DNA of 62,212 bases, filler included, from Choristocarpus tenellus KU-1152 (lineage: Eukaryota; Protista; Phaeophyceae), in NCBI GenBank assembly GCA_964200185.2. It is 9 parts of 9 records of this genome, joined end to end, with 100 filler letters (N's around TTAATTAATTAA, not from the genome) between each part and the next. Parts side by side here need not be neighbours in the genome. Positions count along the whole stretch, not along the records: positions 37,473 to 51,999 come from CAXNAD020001169.1; 8 more parts are not named here. One strand, 5' to 3'. Positions within the stretch are counted from its first letter, which is position 1, and every line of letters begins with the position of its first letter. Shown one piece after another: positions 38,431 to 52,099 of the stretch. The position numbers and the translations under genes were made by a program. The notes beneath the pieces were generated by a model. That model was given only the letters and a program-made list of their open reading frames with translations, made no database searches and was not told the origin of the DNA.

Positions 38431-39233
38431 AATGTATTCCGTGATTCTGGATGGGATTCCTCAAGCCTTGGCTGCAGTACCCATAGACACTACATGTTAG
38501 TCACGTCCTATGTCAAATATATCTGGATGAGTCGCTCTACGCAATTTGCGGGACGATTTAGTGGTAGATGCATGTGGTAGTTTGGATAGAGCACCCCAGC
38601 GTAGTTTCAGGGGCAACCGTAGAAAGCATACAGGAACAAGTGTTTACTAAGAGAGTGTAGAGCCCCTAGGCAGAGATCCGGCATGCTACAGATTGTAGAA
38701 CATAAAAACGGGTGCCTTGTGTATGTTAGAGCTCTTTTGTTGTACATGAAAAGAATCCCATTGTATAAAAAACGTAAACAGAGATTTATCCCAGGTTACA
38801 TAATCAATAACATTTACCCTGCCATGTTTGCCGATCTTCTCCACTCTACTTTATACTCGCTCATAGAACCAAAGTAGGCTGAGTGGTATGCACAGACCTT
38901 CGAGTAGCACCCACACACATTATACACACTACAAAGAACTACAGTACAGTTTGCTCTGGAAAACAATCCACAACACCTTCAAAATGTTCCTAGGAGTAGC
39001 AGATTTTAACACCACCAACCATTCTGGTTGCACTTAACACACTATGCGCCTATGCTAGAGTTCTATATGCAACATTCACAGCTACAAAATGCAAAAGTAT
39101 GCCTAAGAGAAAGAACAAGAATGCAGGGCTTCCCCCTCTCCTTTGCCAGCAGTTACAAATCATGGTGCCTACCTCTTTAATCTCCAACTCTAAGTGTCCA
39201 TGAAGGAGACGTCAAGGTCAAGATGTCGAATTA

Positions 39234-42200
39234 TTATGTATCGTGCCTGCCTCTGACCTTCTCAAAAGTTGCACAAAATTTATGTAATAGAACATTTACT
39301 CCCTCGCCAACAAGATGCCATGATCCTTTTTTCCTCCACATAACAAGAGACCACCCAACAAGGATGCATAGTGGCACACTGACGGTTTGGAGGATAAGGA
39401 TAAGCCATTTGTGGATGTCCTCAAAATCGAACCAATGCATTGCTTCCACTGCTGGGGTAGCACCTCCACCAGCAAGCAAAAATTGGCATGGACGATCGCC
39501 TATCCACACCATAGCAGAGACCAGGTAAATACACAACAACAAAAAAGAGGGAGATTTCAGTGTGATACAGAAGTAATGTATAGAAGGTCTTAAAGCTGGG
39601 GAATGTACCACAGGACCACCACAACTACTATTGACATTAATATAGTTGGAAGCATACAGCAAAGAAAACTAATTGTAGGTAGAGACAGGAAACCGAGGAC
39701 TTTAAGAAAAACAGGTTGCACTTGGATGGAGCTGGTACAGTCCAGTTGAGGTGCTGACCAGTTGAAATCACGTTACAATGGTTGAAGAGGACCCGAGAGT
39801 AACTTTCCTGTGATTTTGAATGTCCCAAGTTGATTGGTTGATATTTTGATATAGATGCACTGATAATATTGTGGACTAAATTAGAAGGCAAGAAACAAAC
39901 CAAAACCTTCAGAGTGTGTTCACTCTGGCTGGTGCCATTGATAATAAAGCACCCATTTCAGGATGCATTACATAGTGGAAAGATGTTGAGGGAAAAATCA
40001 GGATCGCATAGTACGTTAAAGCCAACGAGGGAGTTATCATAACAAAATTGCATGGAAGAACAAACAGACCTGTCCAAAGTGAGAGATAAGGGTATAATTC
40101 TTAAGGTGTGATGTCTGTAAAAAGAATAGTAAGATAACCTGTCAAATATAATGTACACAGATATCATCTTGTCTTCTCCTTTCATTCTTTAACCCTGGAT
40201 ACAAATCAATAAATGGCATTCTGGAAGCAGTGCCTAACAAACCTTGGTAAAATTGGCATGAATCTGGTCAAGTTCGACAACTCCTCCAGCACTTGTCCCA
40301 ACTCACCAAAGCCCCTTCCCCTGCATGATAGCTTGCTGCGACCAGAGGCCTCAACCTGCCACACCTGAGCCACCTTCTCCAGCCGCTGAATAAATGCCTT
40401 TGGCTTGCCCTCTGCAAGCCAGTTAACTAGCCATGGTGGAATGTTTCCCCCGGGGTTGAAGTGGTGTACCTACATATACAACAAGAGTCCAATTACACTT
40501 GCTAAAAGATAAATATCAACTATGGGATCAGCAGGACACCCAATGATAGGACAAGGGCAAGTACATAGCATTGACTGCCAAGCTCCAGAGGTACATAGTG
40601 ATGAGAAAGGTCAACCAAATAGCTAGCAAGTCTAACCTTTCGATATATTGACAGTGACAACATCCTCTACTTCACGTTGCGGTGAAGAGAACTTTGTCAT
40701 CGGGCAGCACTTCTAAATCCCTACTAAGCTTCAAGTAGACACTCATACTTGCATGAGGAACGCATTCGCAACAGAAATCCTGGCTTGCCCAGTTCAAGGC
40801 TCCATCACTTGCAATCAAGAGCACTCTTCCCAGGAAGAAAATCTCGTACTCTTTTATGAAAAAACATACTCAGCCCTCAGTATCACCCCCTAAACCCTGA
40901 ACCCTTGCCTAGTCACTGGGTCAAGGTAGACACTATCCTATCTCAATATGGATACCAGAGGTCGAAGCAGGAAAAGTAAGCAGCCAAGCTTTCAGCCTAC
41001 AATCTTAAAATTCCAAATAAGTATAATATTCCACCTCCCATCTCTCACCATGGTAAATGTTGAACTAGTTGGATCTTTTGGCACCTCTTGAACCAAAAAC
41101 ACCCCCTGCATGATCTCAGCTCGAACATACCCTTTACTTACAGGGGCCTAGTCATAGCAGATTGTATATTGCAATCAAAGAGCAAAATAAGCACGTATAT
41201 TTCAACTCAATAGACAGGCAATACAGTAACAGAATCCTTCCACTTGCCTCAACAAGTGCATGTCGATATAGAACCTATTAAAGGGCATGCCACATGAGGC
41301 TTCTTGGAAACCGTCCAAGGACATCCACCCAAGCCAATGCATGATGAGATATTCGAAGTTTGTAGAGCTTGAGCATACATACACTGCCACACAAGGGACA
41401 CTGGTTTGCAACAATATAGCTGTTGTGGAGTTACTCCTGAAAAAAAAAATCGTGCACTGCAATGAACTATTTCCATTAGCTATACCTAGGACAAACTATG
41501 AGCAAGAGTTGTACTTCTATGCCCAAAGACTGAAACTACCAGGAATTGATTTCTTGTACATTTGTAGTTAAATATTGACTGCTCTTGCAATTGAATTGCG
41601 TGATAACCATCATTTTCAATATGAACTAGTAATCCAAGGGTAACAAGCTCTTGGTATAACATTAATCTGAATTTTACTACACGTAAAGGAAGCCACTCAC
41701 AGCAGGTCACACCTTGGGGTGGGTGGTAGCCTTGTTAAGGATAGCCACACTCCCATCATCCAGCTTTGTACGTGTTATGAGAGTCACAAAGTCTCTAGGA
41801 CGGCAGGGCCAAATTCCCATGGTTGCAGTCCAGCTGATCTTGGTGTCTCTGTCTACAATTTCAATATCGTTTCCACTCTCCACCATGGGGTTGTACTTCA
41901 TGAGGTGGAGATCGAGAAAAAAAAAAACTTGTCATGAAGGGGAGTGGAGGAAGAGGAATACACAGTGGAAAATCCCCACCTAACGACCAGGGTTTCACAA
42001 TGGTGCACATTTCGCATTAGCAAAAGCGTGGTCACTATGGGGAATTTTGAAATCCATCAGACCTGAACAACGCTATGTTATGGTCACCCCATGTACATAA
42101 CTTATCACCTGTTGTACAACCTCTATGTCCCCAGGTGTGAGCACCTCATACAAAGCTTCCACTGGAGCCTTCACCACAGCGCTGGCTTTGATGGCAACAA

Positions 42201-42986
42201 AGGGGCTTCCTGGCATTTCCCTTTTCCATACCTGCCCGCATCACTCAATCCGTCATCTTCCAGTCAACAAGGGCGCCGTAGTCAATGGTGAATTCAGTAG
42301 GAGAGGAGTGAAGGCTGGCGCCGCTTCGGTCAGAAATACGTCCTCTACACCAGGAGCATACCAGCCACTGCAGCTAATACACTTCTTGAGTAATAAAACT
42401 AGTCTTAACGATAAGACGATAATGAAACATTTCCGTCGGGGCATGCAGGTTCTCTCTCTCTCTCTCTCTTACCCAAATAATTTTAGGAGTGCAATCAACC
42501 TACTTAGAAAAAATCACCTTTATTTTCCCATCGTCTGATACTTGCTGCCAACGTTTCTCCCTTGACTCGGATTTGTCTTGCAAAAGTCGCTGGATATCCT
42601 CCTGCACCTATTGTAATTGAGGAAAGGAGCTGAAACCTTAGAAGGTACGCGACTAGAGGTTAAAGTATGCGAAGTATGGATCAATGGATCTCTCAATGGC
42701 ATTACACTACCAAGGGAGGAGTGTTGAGGCTTGACAAGAAACGGAGACAGAACTGTATCCATCCTCTACAATAGTTTTGCGCAATGGCTCATGACTGGGC
42801 AAGATGTCTGGAATCCTGGGGATAGAGACCTTCCTGATCCACTCCTCTTACAAGACGGACACAATATGCTAAGAAAAGCACCTTCGATCGTGGTTGCCGT
42901 ACGAAGAGGGGCCTTGGGGTCACCGTTGGCAGATGATAGCTTGTAAGTAGGAACAGAATCGAAGTACCGCCAAGGCCTGTCATCAT
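39234..42986 (-). CDS. START-domain lipid-transfer protein with C-terminal transmembrane segment
   Basis: Exons 42986-42882 (tentative), 42607-42518, 42231-42109, 41895-41713, 41147-41049, 40469-40307 and 39499-39234. Motifs W...G.IKVWKREMPGS, WPCRPRDFV, GYVRAE and NPGGNIPPWLVN. Confidence 0.9.
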
Positions 42987-43473
42987 GAGCTCCACGTTAC
43001 TTCCACGCGAGAAGTCTGGTTAGCGGTATAATCCTCTTTAACACTTCATTGTTGTGTCGCCTTCAGAATTCCATATTTTTTATCACTACTATATTGCAGT
43101 GTTGTGATTGGATATTGTGTAGATGTTGAAGTAGGTGAAGGAGAACAGGAAAGACCAGCCAGTCACCATTGAATATTTGGTGAATCATGTATCTTAAGAA
43201 ATTACACCTTACTAACCAACAACCTACAACACACTACTACCACAAAATATAATAAATGAGTGTTGTGTGAGACGGATTCTCTACTCCTCAAAGGTCCACT
43301 ATCCCAATATTCGCTAATCATCACCACAATTCCTTGTGCACTGCATCGGATTTCGCGAACGGAAAGTAATAATCATACCATGGTGATTGTGTCAGTATCG
43401 AGCCAACTCCAATTAATTGTACCGAAACTGAGGCCCTTCTTTTTGCAGTGTCAGTTGCATGAACGCATTAGAG

Positions 43474-43968
43474 ATGGCCGCCTACGTACCAAAGAAGGCG
43501 CCAATAATGACCATGCTAGGGGAAATTGCGGATTTCATTAGGAACAAGGTGCTGAACAAGAAAAGTGGGCTAGTGTATTTACTTGCGAGACAGTTTTGTG
43601 AGTGTTTGGGATCACAGACAGTCGGTTCAAGGGATTGAAGACAAAGGAAGCAGGGTTGCAACAATCAGCAACAGAATAACAGGTATAGGAGGTCGCACAA
43701 GTGAGGGTATGGTTGTTGGCGGAACAAAACAGGAGTAGTAGGGTTTTATAGAGTGCCTTGTCAGATAACATGTGGCAGCTAGTTGGCGTATGTCATGTTA
43801 CTGTATAATGCAAGGAGGACCCGAAACAGCCCAAGCAGATCATGTGGGCACATGCACGCTTACCACCACGACTTACTACCTCTGTTTCGTACTGTTGGAA
43901 GTTGTTTTTTCATTATTATATAAATCAGTATTTCATTCAGGTTGATTATGCTTACACTCGTCTGCCGT
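43474..43968 (+). CDS. Candidate spliced microprotein (3' end uncertain)
   Basis: Exon 43474-43548 MAAYVPKKAPIMTMLGEIADFIRNK|GT; acceptor TTTCATTCAG before 43941 gives VDYAYTRLP. Confidence 0.4.
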
Positions 43969-44257
43969 GTATGTGATATATATGATGATAAGTGGTGTTT
44001 CGAATTGAATGGACCAGACACGACAGACACCGATTTAATCCTCTCTCCTAATTCCATAGCAATATTGGAGGACCTGGTGATGATATTACCTGGTTATGAA
44101 ATCGCAATTTTAATTGTGATGGGACCCTGTCCTACCAATTGGTTATTATTTATAGTAGTGACTATAGTGTGGTTTGCTGGCTAGCCCTCTTCTTACCTAC
44201 TCTACATCGCATACCATCTATTTTCCACTACTCCTAGAATAAAGTGGAGTGTCATGT

Positions 44258-44440
44258 GGCTCAAAGTATCTGGGGGGGCAGGGGGGGGGGGTCTATATCA
44301 GGGTTTCCATTCGGACCCTGACCATGAAAAGTGCACTTACATTCTCCATCCAACACATGTAACTAAATCACACAAAAATTGCGGGATGAAAAAGTGGACC
44401 CCAAAATGGACAGCCGTCACCCCCCCAGATACTTTGAGCC
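44258..44440 (+). mobile_element. MITE family B, complete
   Basis: Perfect TIR GGCTCAAAGTATCTGGGGGG / CCCCCCAGATACTTTGAGCC; flanks ATGT/ATTT. Confidence 0.9.
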
Positions 44441-44649
44441 ATTTACTCATACATTCCTACCCTAACTTAATTGCCAGGCGATTAGTTTTTGTGTCGGTTC
44501 CCTTCCACAATAGACAAAATACGTACTGAAATCAATTCATTTGGTGCCCAGGGAGGTTAGGGTTAGAGAGCTTTTATCTTGATAATGGTTGATTATGATC
44601 TTCCCTCTATGATCTGACTGTTTGGGTGTTACGACTTAGTACTATTAAC

Positions 44650-45480
44650 TTACGCCTGCGACTAGATTAAGTGCTCTGAAGGTCGACGCCTGCATTGAAA
44701 TATGTGCTTCTTGAAATCAGAGCCAAGATTGACAACCTTCGTGCCATTCAGGCTGCTGTAGAGGAGGTGGCGGGTTCTTGTGCTCCAAGTAGTCGGTAAG
44801 ATCTTTGTATTGGGGGAGGTAGATGTTCTCCTCATACCGAAGAATGCCCATACAACTTTGTCTATTGAACAGTCTAGTGGGACGATTTGTAAGCATCGAA
44901 GCTGCACCCAACATATTTTAGCCACCCCTCCACTACATGGCTGCAGACATGGTACACTAGGCTGTGAGTCACACCCGGAAGATGTTTAATGTGAGGGCCA
45001 TGGGGCCTTACCTGCCACCTGATACATCTCCCACCGTAGGCTCTACCTCATTGTGGAGGAACTGCCGAAAATTCTCTGTTGTGGCATTGACTTCTCCTTT
45101 CTTCATGGCATTTGCACAAATCTACTCTATGCACTCCTTCACATCTGCCTCTTCCAGCCGTCACCTCTTCTTGAAATTTTCCTGTTGGTTTGTAAGGAGC
45201 GTTTCCTTTTCCTGAAAAGAATACTCCCACTCCTGCATTGTGTCGCTTGCATGCTGACAAAACTATCAGAGGAAGGCCCCTTCACCGTGGTGAACAGCAA
45301 AGTTGAAGTACTGCCCTGGGAGAAATCCACCAACCTCTCTTATATCCAGATCCTCTCTAATTAGATATAAGGACGCTTTTCTCTTAAACCGGATGGTCTT
45401 ATATCGAGCAACAGTGTGTGTAGGCACCTTATACTTGTCCCTGAACGGCAACAGATTGACACCCTTGCTGTATGTGCTTC
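44650..45480 (-). mobile_element. Decayed IS630/Tc1-mariner-like transposase (N-terminal to mid region)
   Basis: Stop-riddled long frame ICANAMKKGEVNATTENFRQFLHNEV, then WLKYVGCSFDAYKSSH and EENIYLP. Resembles the WL..LG.....KKG.Y.DGHER-type DDE transposases. Confidence 0.45.
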
Positions 45481-47143
45481 CCATGTGCCTTCAAGAGTAG
45501 TTACATGTAAATATGTATTGAACATTGCCCTCAGGGAGCCCATTTTGATGAAGCTGTGGTGGGGCAGCAAGCACCACATCTACACCACCCCTGCACCATA
45601 TACCACTGCCATATGTATACAGAACTGTAACATTTGATTTGAACTGCGAGTTGTCAGTCCAGCCATCAACGGCTTGCGGATGCTTTTCTTGGGAAGGTGT
45701 ACTATACATATGAGTGAATATATTGTAATGAGTGTAATTCACCACAGTTACAGTGATCTCATGTGGGCCGCCTTAAACACTGATTGGTTATTGGCTTAAT
45801 AGATCTCATTTGCTAGTGGGTGCATTAACCACTCCTAGCATATCCTTCATGTCTCCCTGAACCCAAATCAGAACATACTAGAAACAAACACAACCGAATC
45901 TATACTCCTTCCACTAAATACCTTCCTTGTGCAACAGTTGATGCATCGTTTTCTATAATCATGGTCAGATAGATGATACATCTCAACCTGCTTCTGGAAA
46001 ATGGTCTAGCTCTGCAGTTAGAATTGGGTACATATATGGATCGCAATTTGTAGAATGTGTAAAATGCCATAATTGACCACAAGAGTGGGTAGAGGGCACT
46101 GCATGAAGGGTGGAAGCAAAAAGCAGTACATTCTGCGACAGGGGGAGGCAGGAATCATGTATTGTCCCTTGTGCTGTGTCAGTGTACTGTCAATATATAT
46201 ACACACATTGAAGTGTGAAAATAATGTTGTAGCTGACCTTGACTTTTTTGATGATAAAGAAAACACAATTCAGGTGTGGTCAACTGCCTCTGCTCTTAAT
46301 GCGACCTAGCAGAACAATAATGATAATGAGAGTCTTGACCATGGGAATATCTGTATCCTATAATACCCAACATAATCTTCACGCTTGTGTACAAGTGAGA
46401 GCTAAATACTTCTGAAATCAAATCATCAGTAGGACAGTGTGTACGTTAAGGTTCTGTTTTATCTGACTGAACAAGATGGACTGAACAACTTGGTTATCAC
46501 ATACTTCACTCTTGAAACTTGTGTAACACTTAAATCGGCAGGCATCCTCTTTAGTTCATATACATCATCTCTGCTGTTGGTTCACACCCTTGTGAACTAG
46601 TGTGCATATATATACTGCACTATACAACCGAACCTATCAAGCATATGCTAGTTAACACTTGATTTGAAGAACTTCTTCCACGAAATGAGAAAAAAAATGA
46701 GGCTCTCTTAGTCAGATTCCATGTGGAAAATGGGCAGGGTAGGACTTTCCAGTTACTGCAATCCGCCAAACACAGCTTCATCACTTCACCAAAGTGCCAC
46801 TCAAAATACAAAAACATTGGTGACTACATTATCCCTGTGTGTTCCTTGCTAACCGAACGGCTGCCAAACACATATAACGCCTACATAAATATTACGTTCT
46901 TTAAATACGAATATAATACTCAATGAGGACTTTTTGAAGAAACAATGAGCCCGGTTGTTTCAAATCTTGCATCAGGACCAATTTTTGACATGGTTGGCAA
47001 TAATGCCGCCCAAAGCGTGACAAGTAGGTTTCTTATCAATCAAGTCAAAATAGAGCACCAGGTTAGCAGCCTCCACCCACAAAGCACTTCAAAATCAGTG
47101 GGATTCGTAAATAAAGTTGAAAATTCTGGATACACTCGCATGG

Positions 47144-48108
47144 CTAGGAGTCTCCAGCAGTGTCTCCCTGTGTCTCTCTGGCTGCCTGTAGGCATCTCAT
47201 TCAGGTGTAGGGGGAACGCAAACAAGCGAGTGGGCGTTTCATCATCGTACTAATTTGTGTAAGATGATGCCATGCATCTGAACTTAGCAGAAGACACAGT
47301 GGAAAGAGCAGTAAAGAGGCATCAGGTCGTCTGACGGCTGTCACACATGGGTCTCATGACTAAGAGCGTATCGATAGCCTGGCAATAATATAGGGGTGTG
47401 ATACTTGCCTTGTTGAGGGCATCATAATCTCTGGCCGGTCGCTGAAGCACTCCACCATTGCCTACATCCATGTTGCTTTGCCAAAAACGCCCCCAGTTCT
47501 CCCACGGAAGGAAGCCCCCACAGGCGTAGCACTTGCGCGGCCGTTCAAAATGTACCCCATCCCTGTTTGAAGAAACCAACCCCGACCCGTTGCATACTGC
47601 ACATCGACGTTGGGTGACGATACGCTTCCAGATCAAACGAGTGGGAAAGGCGAGGAGTGGGAGGGAGGTACCATGGATGGGACTCGTTGCCAAGGTGCAG
47701 TCCAGCCTCAATAGGGAAAAGGGAGATAGATCAAAATCATCGTTACCTCTCAATTCTTTAAGATATCGAAAAGATCTTAGGATGGATCCTCACCTTACCG
47801 AACTCGTATGCAGCCCAAGCGTAAGCCAGAACGCAGGCACCAGACCCAACCACGATTTGGGGAAAGTTTTCAATGGTCTCTCGCGGAACGTATGAGACCT
47901 GATCAGCCACCGCGGTACCTCCTCGGCCTACCGCATCTGCCAACATATGCGTAGCAAATGACAAGGAATCCATGCCATCTCCAGAGAAGCTTAGGCGTGG
48001 TAAATGAGGACGTTGCAATGACCTGGATGGCGATGCTTGGAAGGCGAAAACATCACAACAGCAAATTGTTGCCAAGGTAGTCAGCACGCCAAAAGCTTTA
48101 GTCTTCAT
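47144..48108 (-). CDS. Plastid-targeted DnaJ-type (CxxCxGxG) zinc-finger protein
   Basis: Exons 48108-47794, 47624-47409 and 47185-47144 (last exon tentative). Signal peptide ends VFA-FQASP (ASAFAP-like), followed by a TM segment and EFGK|RIVTQRRCAVCNGSG...KCYACGGFLPW. Confidence 0.85.
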
Positions 48109-48338
48109 ATTTGTCACACCTGATGGAGGTAGACTCTCCACAACTCAGCACTGAGCTTGGGCGTTTCAGATATCACCAAGTCAGGTATTTACTAAGTGTT
48201 ACTAGTCAGTGTTGACTGCAATCCCCAAAATGTATTACGCGCGGCGGCGTGCGGTACCTTTCGAGTCTCTCTTAACCTTCACAATACATTGTTGGTACTA
48301 CTACTCTGAAGTACCACTCTGGTTTGTGGTGTTCGGCA

Positions 48339-51300
48339 ATGTTGGGGCGAGGTATAGCCTCGAGCTCAGGTGTTCGGTGTAGGTATGTAGCCTCCTCTAG
48401 GTTGCAAAGTCGAGGCCTATTTATGACGCCTTTGAGTGCAATCAGCTCTAGAGGCCACAGGCTTCACCTGTACTCGTGGAAGGCACGTCTTGGGACAAGT
48501 TCCATTCCACGGGAGTTAATTCTTCCAGGACGGCTGCCACATCCCAAGGAGAGCATATGTGTTGGTAAAGGGCGTAATCTTTCTTCTGGGTCTGGTCGTG
48601 ACAAGGGAGGTGGCGGAGAATTTGACAAGCTGAAAAAGAAGTTCGAGGAAGAGGTGGAGAAGGCTAGAGAGGTGTGTTTCATCTTCATGTTTCAAACATA
48701 GGTTTTGCTGGGTTTGGAGCACATCGTGAATTCGTTTTTTCGATGGGTTAGTTTGCAGACTTCTCTTCTACTTGGACAGTTCAACTTTGCTAATAGGTAA
48801 TTTAGTGCGTATCGATTTTGCAACTTTCACATTGAACGATGAACCTCGAGGGTGCAATCTGTATGTCCAGCAAGGTCGAGATACGTTATTCACATTCCTC
48901 TACTATGCTGGCGGATCCTTCAATTCAAAACTTTGGTGCTGAGTTTTTCGATAAAAAATGGAAACAACTCTCTTTCGTTTAGTGGACGGTGGTCATCTCG
49001 ACCTGCACACATTCTATGGTCGTCTCACGGGCGCATTGTGTATGGGTTTTTCTGTCGTGTTAAACAGAGCCCTGAAGTGAAGGAAAAATTGTCCAAGGCA
49101 AAGGAACTGTTGGGGAAATATGTGGGCAAAGACACGAAAGAGCGTCTCAAGAGCATGCAGGTTGGTGCTTGGAATTGAGCAGGGTGCCTTGATACAAATG
49201 TACAGATTGTTTGGTGTCCAGCTCAAGGTGATATGGGGAATAGGGTTACGAGGCATGAGGATTGTCATGACCTACTAGGAATATTTTGCGCAGTCCCTGA
49301 GGGGTTCTTGAAGTCAATTACCTGGGCTTATTGCATGCGGATGTCTCCTTCATTTCCGAGGCATTGTAGCTATGCACAAATAGTGCGATCATTGTGTGAT
49401 TTTGACTATGGACTAATTGTGCGCCCTTTATCATCTCTGTGTCATATTTCACCACAGCTGGAATGGCACTCGTTGGTAGGCTACCCTGTCTAGGATTTGA
49501 TAGGCAATGTACATCACCACATCGGCATTTTTATTTTTACTGTCCGTACTGTTTCAACTACAATTACACCTACAGGTCAAGTAGTGGTTTATTCGAGTCA
49601 CCAATCCTACCTCAACACGAATCAGCACAAGTTTGGCTACTGTTTACTTGGCCTCGTCCTTTTTCCTGACGTAATGTTCCAGGAGGATGCAACGAAGTAT
49701 GCCTCTGAAGTGGAGAAGCAAGCAAGGGAGTCTGGAGGTGCTTTCCAGGACAGGATGCAGGGAGCAGCAAGCATGTGGGGTCACCATCCCTTGGAAATTG
49801 ATTTTGCTCCTACTCCCTTCCCACTGACAGATGTTGACGGTAGCTTCACCTAATGAGAAACAGACTGGGAGAGTTGATTCATTGCACTTAGGACATGTTC
49901 TGAGTGGGTATGTGTATGCAATCCAATACTGCTCTCATTTGATGCCAAATTTTGGGGAGGTATGAGAAATAGTGTTTAGCACACCAGAGCTTAATGTTTC
50001 AAAATGTAAGCAACACCTATCCTCTATTTTTATGCTCATGATTGTTGGAGATTGGAGAGCAATTGTTTTCAATCTCAGGTTGTTGCTTCTGTCAGAGATG
50101 GAAGTGGATGACACGACCATGCTTGAATGCCCCAACGTGACATGAAATGTGATCATCACACTAACTAAAGCGCAAACTGAAGGGGCCAACTTCAGACTGC
50201 TTTGCCGTGACTCAGACCTCAACCAATGACAGTGTTCACAACTCTGATGCTGCATAGATCAGTAGGCCAAGAAGCTTACCTCTATCGCTTCCTTTCCCAA
50301 CCCTTGTAATTCTTCTGATGTTTTTGTAAAGTTTGAAGGATAAGTTTGACATGTCAGATAATTCCAAGAAGGATAGGGGTGACAAGGGGGACGGTGTCGA
50401 AGGAGAGGGTAGGGAAGATAAGGATGAGAATGAGTTTGTCCGGGCCTCCAAGGAGAAGTTTTCTGGAGCCAGGAAGACACTGGATGATATACCCTTCTTG
50501 GCTGCTATCAGGTGAGCACCGAGGGTTAGGGCTAGGTCAAAGATAGTCATGGTAAGGATAATTGCAAACACCAATCAATATCAGCATGATGAATCAACTC
50601 TTCTCTTCAGTATGGCTTTGAAGTGGATTGTGTTTGTGTGACATGCCTATGGGGGTTGAGAATCTCTACCCCCCTTTGATCCTGTACTTGGCTGTGCTTT
50701 GTTATACCCCGCCTGTTTTCAAATTCATTTTGTACCGCCTTGTCTTTTTAACTTTGTTTGCCTCTATTATCACTTGTGCTGCTCTACAAGTAGTACCTGA
50801 TGCTTGCCTTACACTGTGTTGCTACAATCAGAACACGCGTTTGTACTTCTGCTGCATGTGGTACCATTAATGGTTGTTTGTAGCATTGAGTGTATCCTAC
50901 GGTGGAGTTGTGCTGTGAGGGCTTCCACTCGGAGCATTTGGTGCCATGCATCACAAGATAGTGTGGTTCTTTGATGGAACTTTGCCTTTAACATGTCCCT
51001 TACCTCTGGAAAGAGACGAATCTTCTTTTGTTTTTCCCCAAGCGAGGTATTCCATTGGAGCTGTGATTGAGCTCGATCAGTTCATTGGTTGACCTGTGGG
51101 CAACATAGTAGAGAGAACCTTGGGACAAGAACGTTTTGGTAGTAGCATGAAGCTCCCATTTTCCCATTTGGAACATGACTGTTGATCCACCTGTTGTGGA
51201 GACACCCTGACTATATGAAAGGATAGGAATGCCAGTTTTTGGGCGTGTACTCAGTTTGTTTTTGCTTCCCGGCCCACACCCCCTGTACAACCCCCAGTTG

Positions 51301-51999
51301 ATTAACTGATCAAGTAAGACAAGAGGGGAGGTGGAGATGTGTTGACTGCTGCTGACTGTTGACTGTTGATGTGCTTTTTTATTCCCCTTATTCTCAGATA
51401 AAATACGCTATTACCTGAACTTCACTACAAACTCCTTTCCTTCCCTGCTCCCACCAACATTTCTTGCTGCTTGAGGATTTAGGGTTAGGATTTGTAGAAT
51501 ATCGTTAGCTATATTGTCTAAGACCCTACGGAAAGTTGTGGTGTATCTGAGAAATCTTACACTCTGTTTCACAGTTTCCACTACATTTTTTTTTTATTTC
51601 GACGATAGGGCTAGTGTTAGGGTTAGGATTGACTTCATGTTACTTGTCCGAAAGCATTGGCTTTTGCATTGACTCTCTTCTGCAGATAAGGTCCTATCCC
51701 TAACCCTATCCCTATTTCCTGCTTTTGTTTGATGTGTGTGATGTGTTTTCAGGGAGAGGACCAAGGTTTTTCGTGATGCTTTTATGAGTACTGCTTACGA
51801 GCTGGCGGGTTCTACCCCAAGGGATGCAAAGAGCGCTGTTGTGAAGAAGTTGAAAAAGCCCAAGACAAAGAGAAAGAAGCAAGACGCCTCGAAAGGTGGT
51901 GAGCAGGGGGAGGAGGAGGAGGAGGAGGAGGGCCGTGGGGGGGGGGTTGGAGATCCGATGATAATAAAGACTGCTGGAGAGGCGTGGGAAAGGCTGGAG
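48339..51999 (+). CDS. Mitochondrial protein, TIM44-like N-terminal half (truncated by contig end)
   Basis: Exons 48339-48671, 49068-49160, 49683-49774, 50332-50511 and 51753-51999 have consistent phases. R/S-rich presequence, FDKLKKKFEEEVEK..SPEVKEKL coil, and IIKTAGEAWERL. The diagnostic C-terminal domain is not in the window. Confidence 0.6.
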
Positions 52000-52099
52000 N
52001 NNNNNNNNNNNNNNNNNNNNNNNNNNNNNNNNNNNNNNNNNNNTTAATTAATTAANNNNNNNNNNNNNNNNNNNNNNNNNNNNNNNNNNNNNNNNNNNN

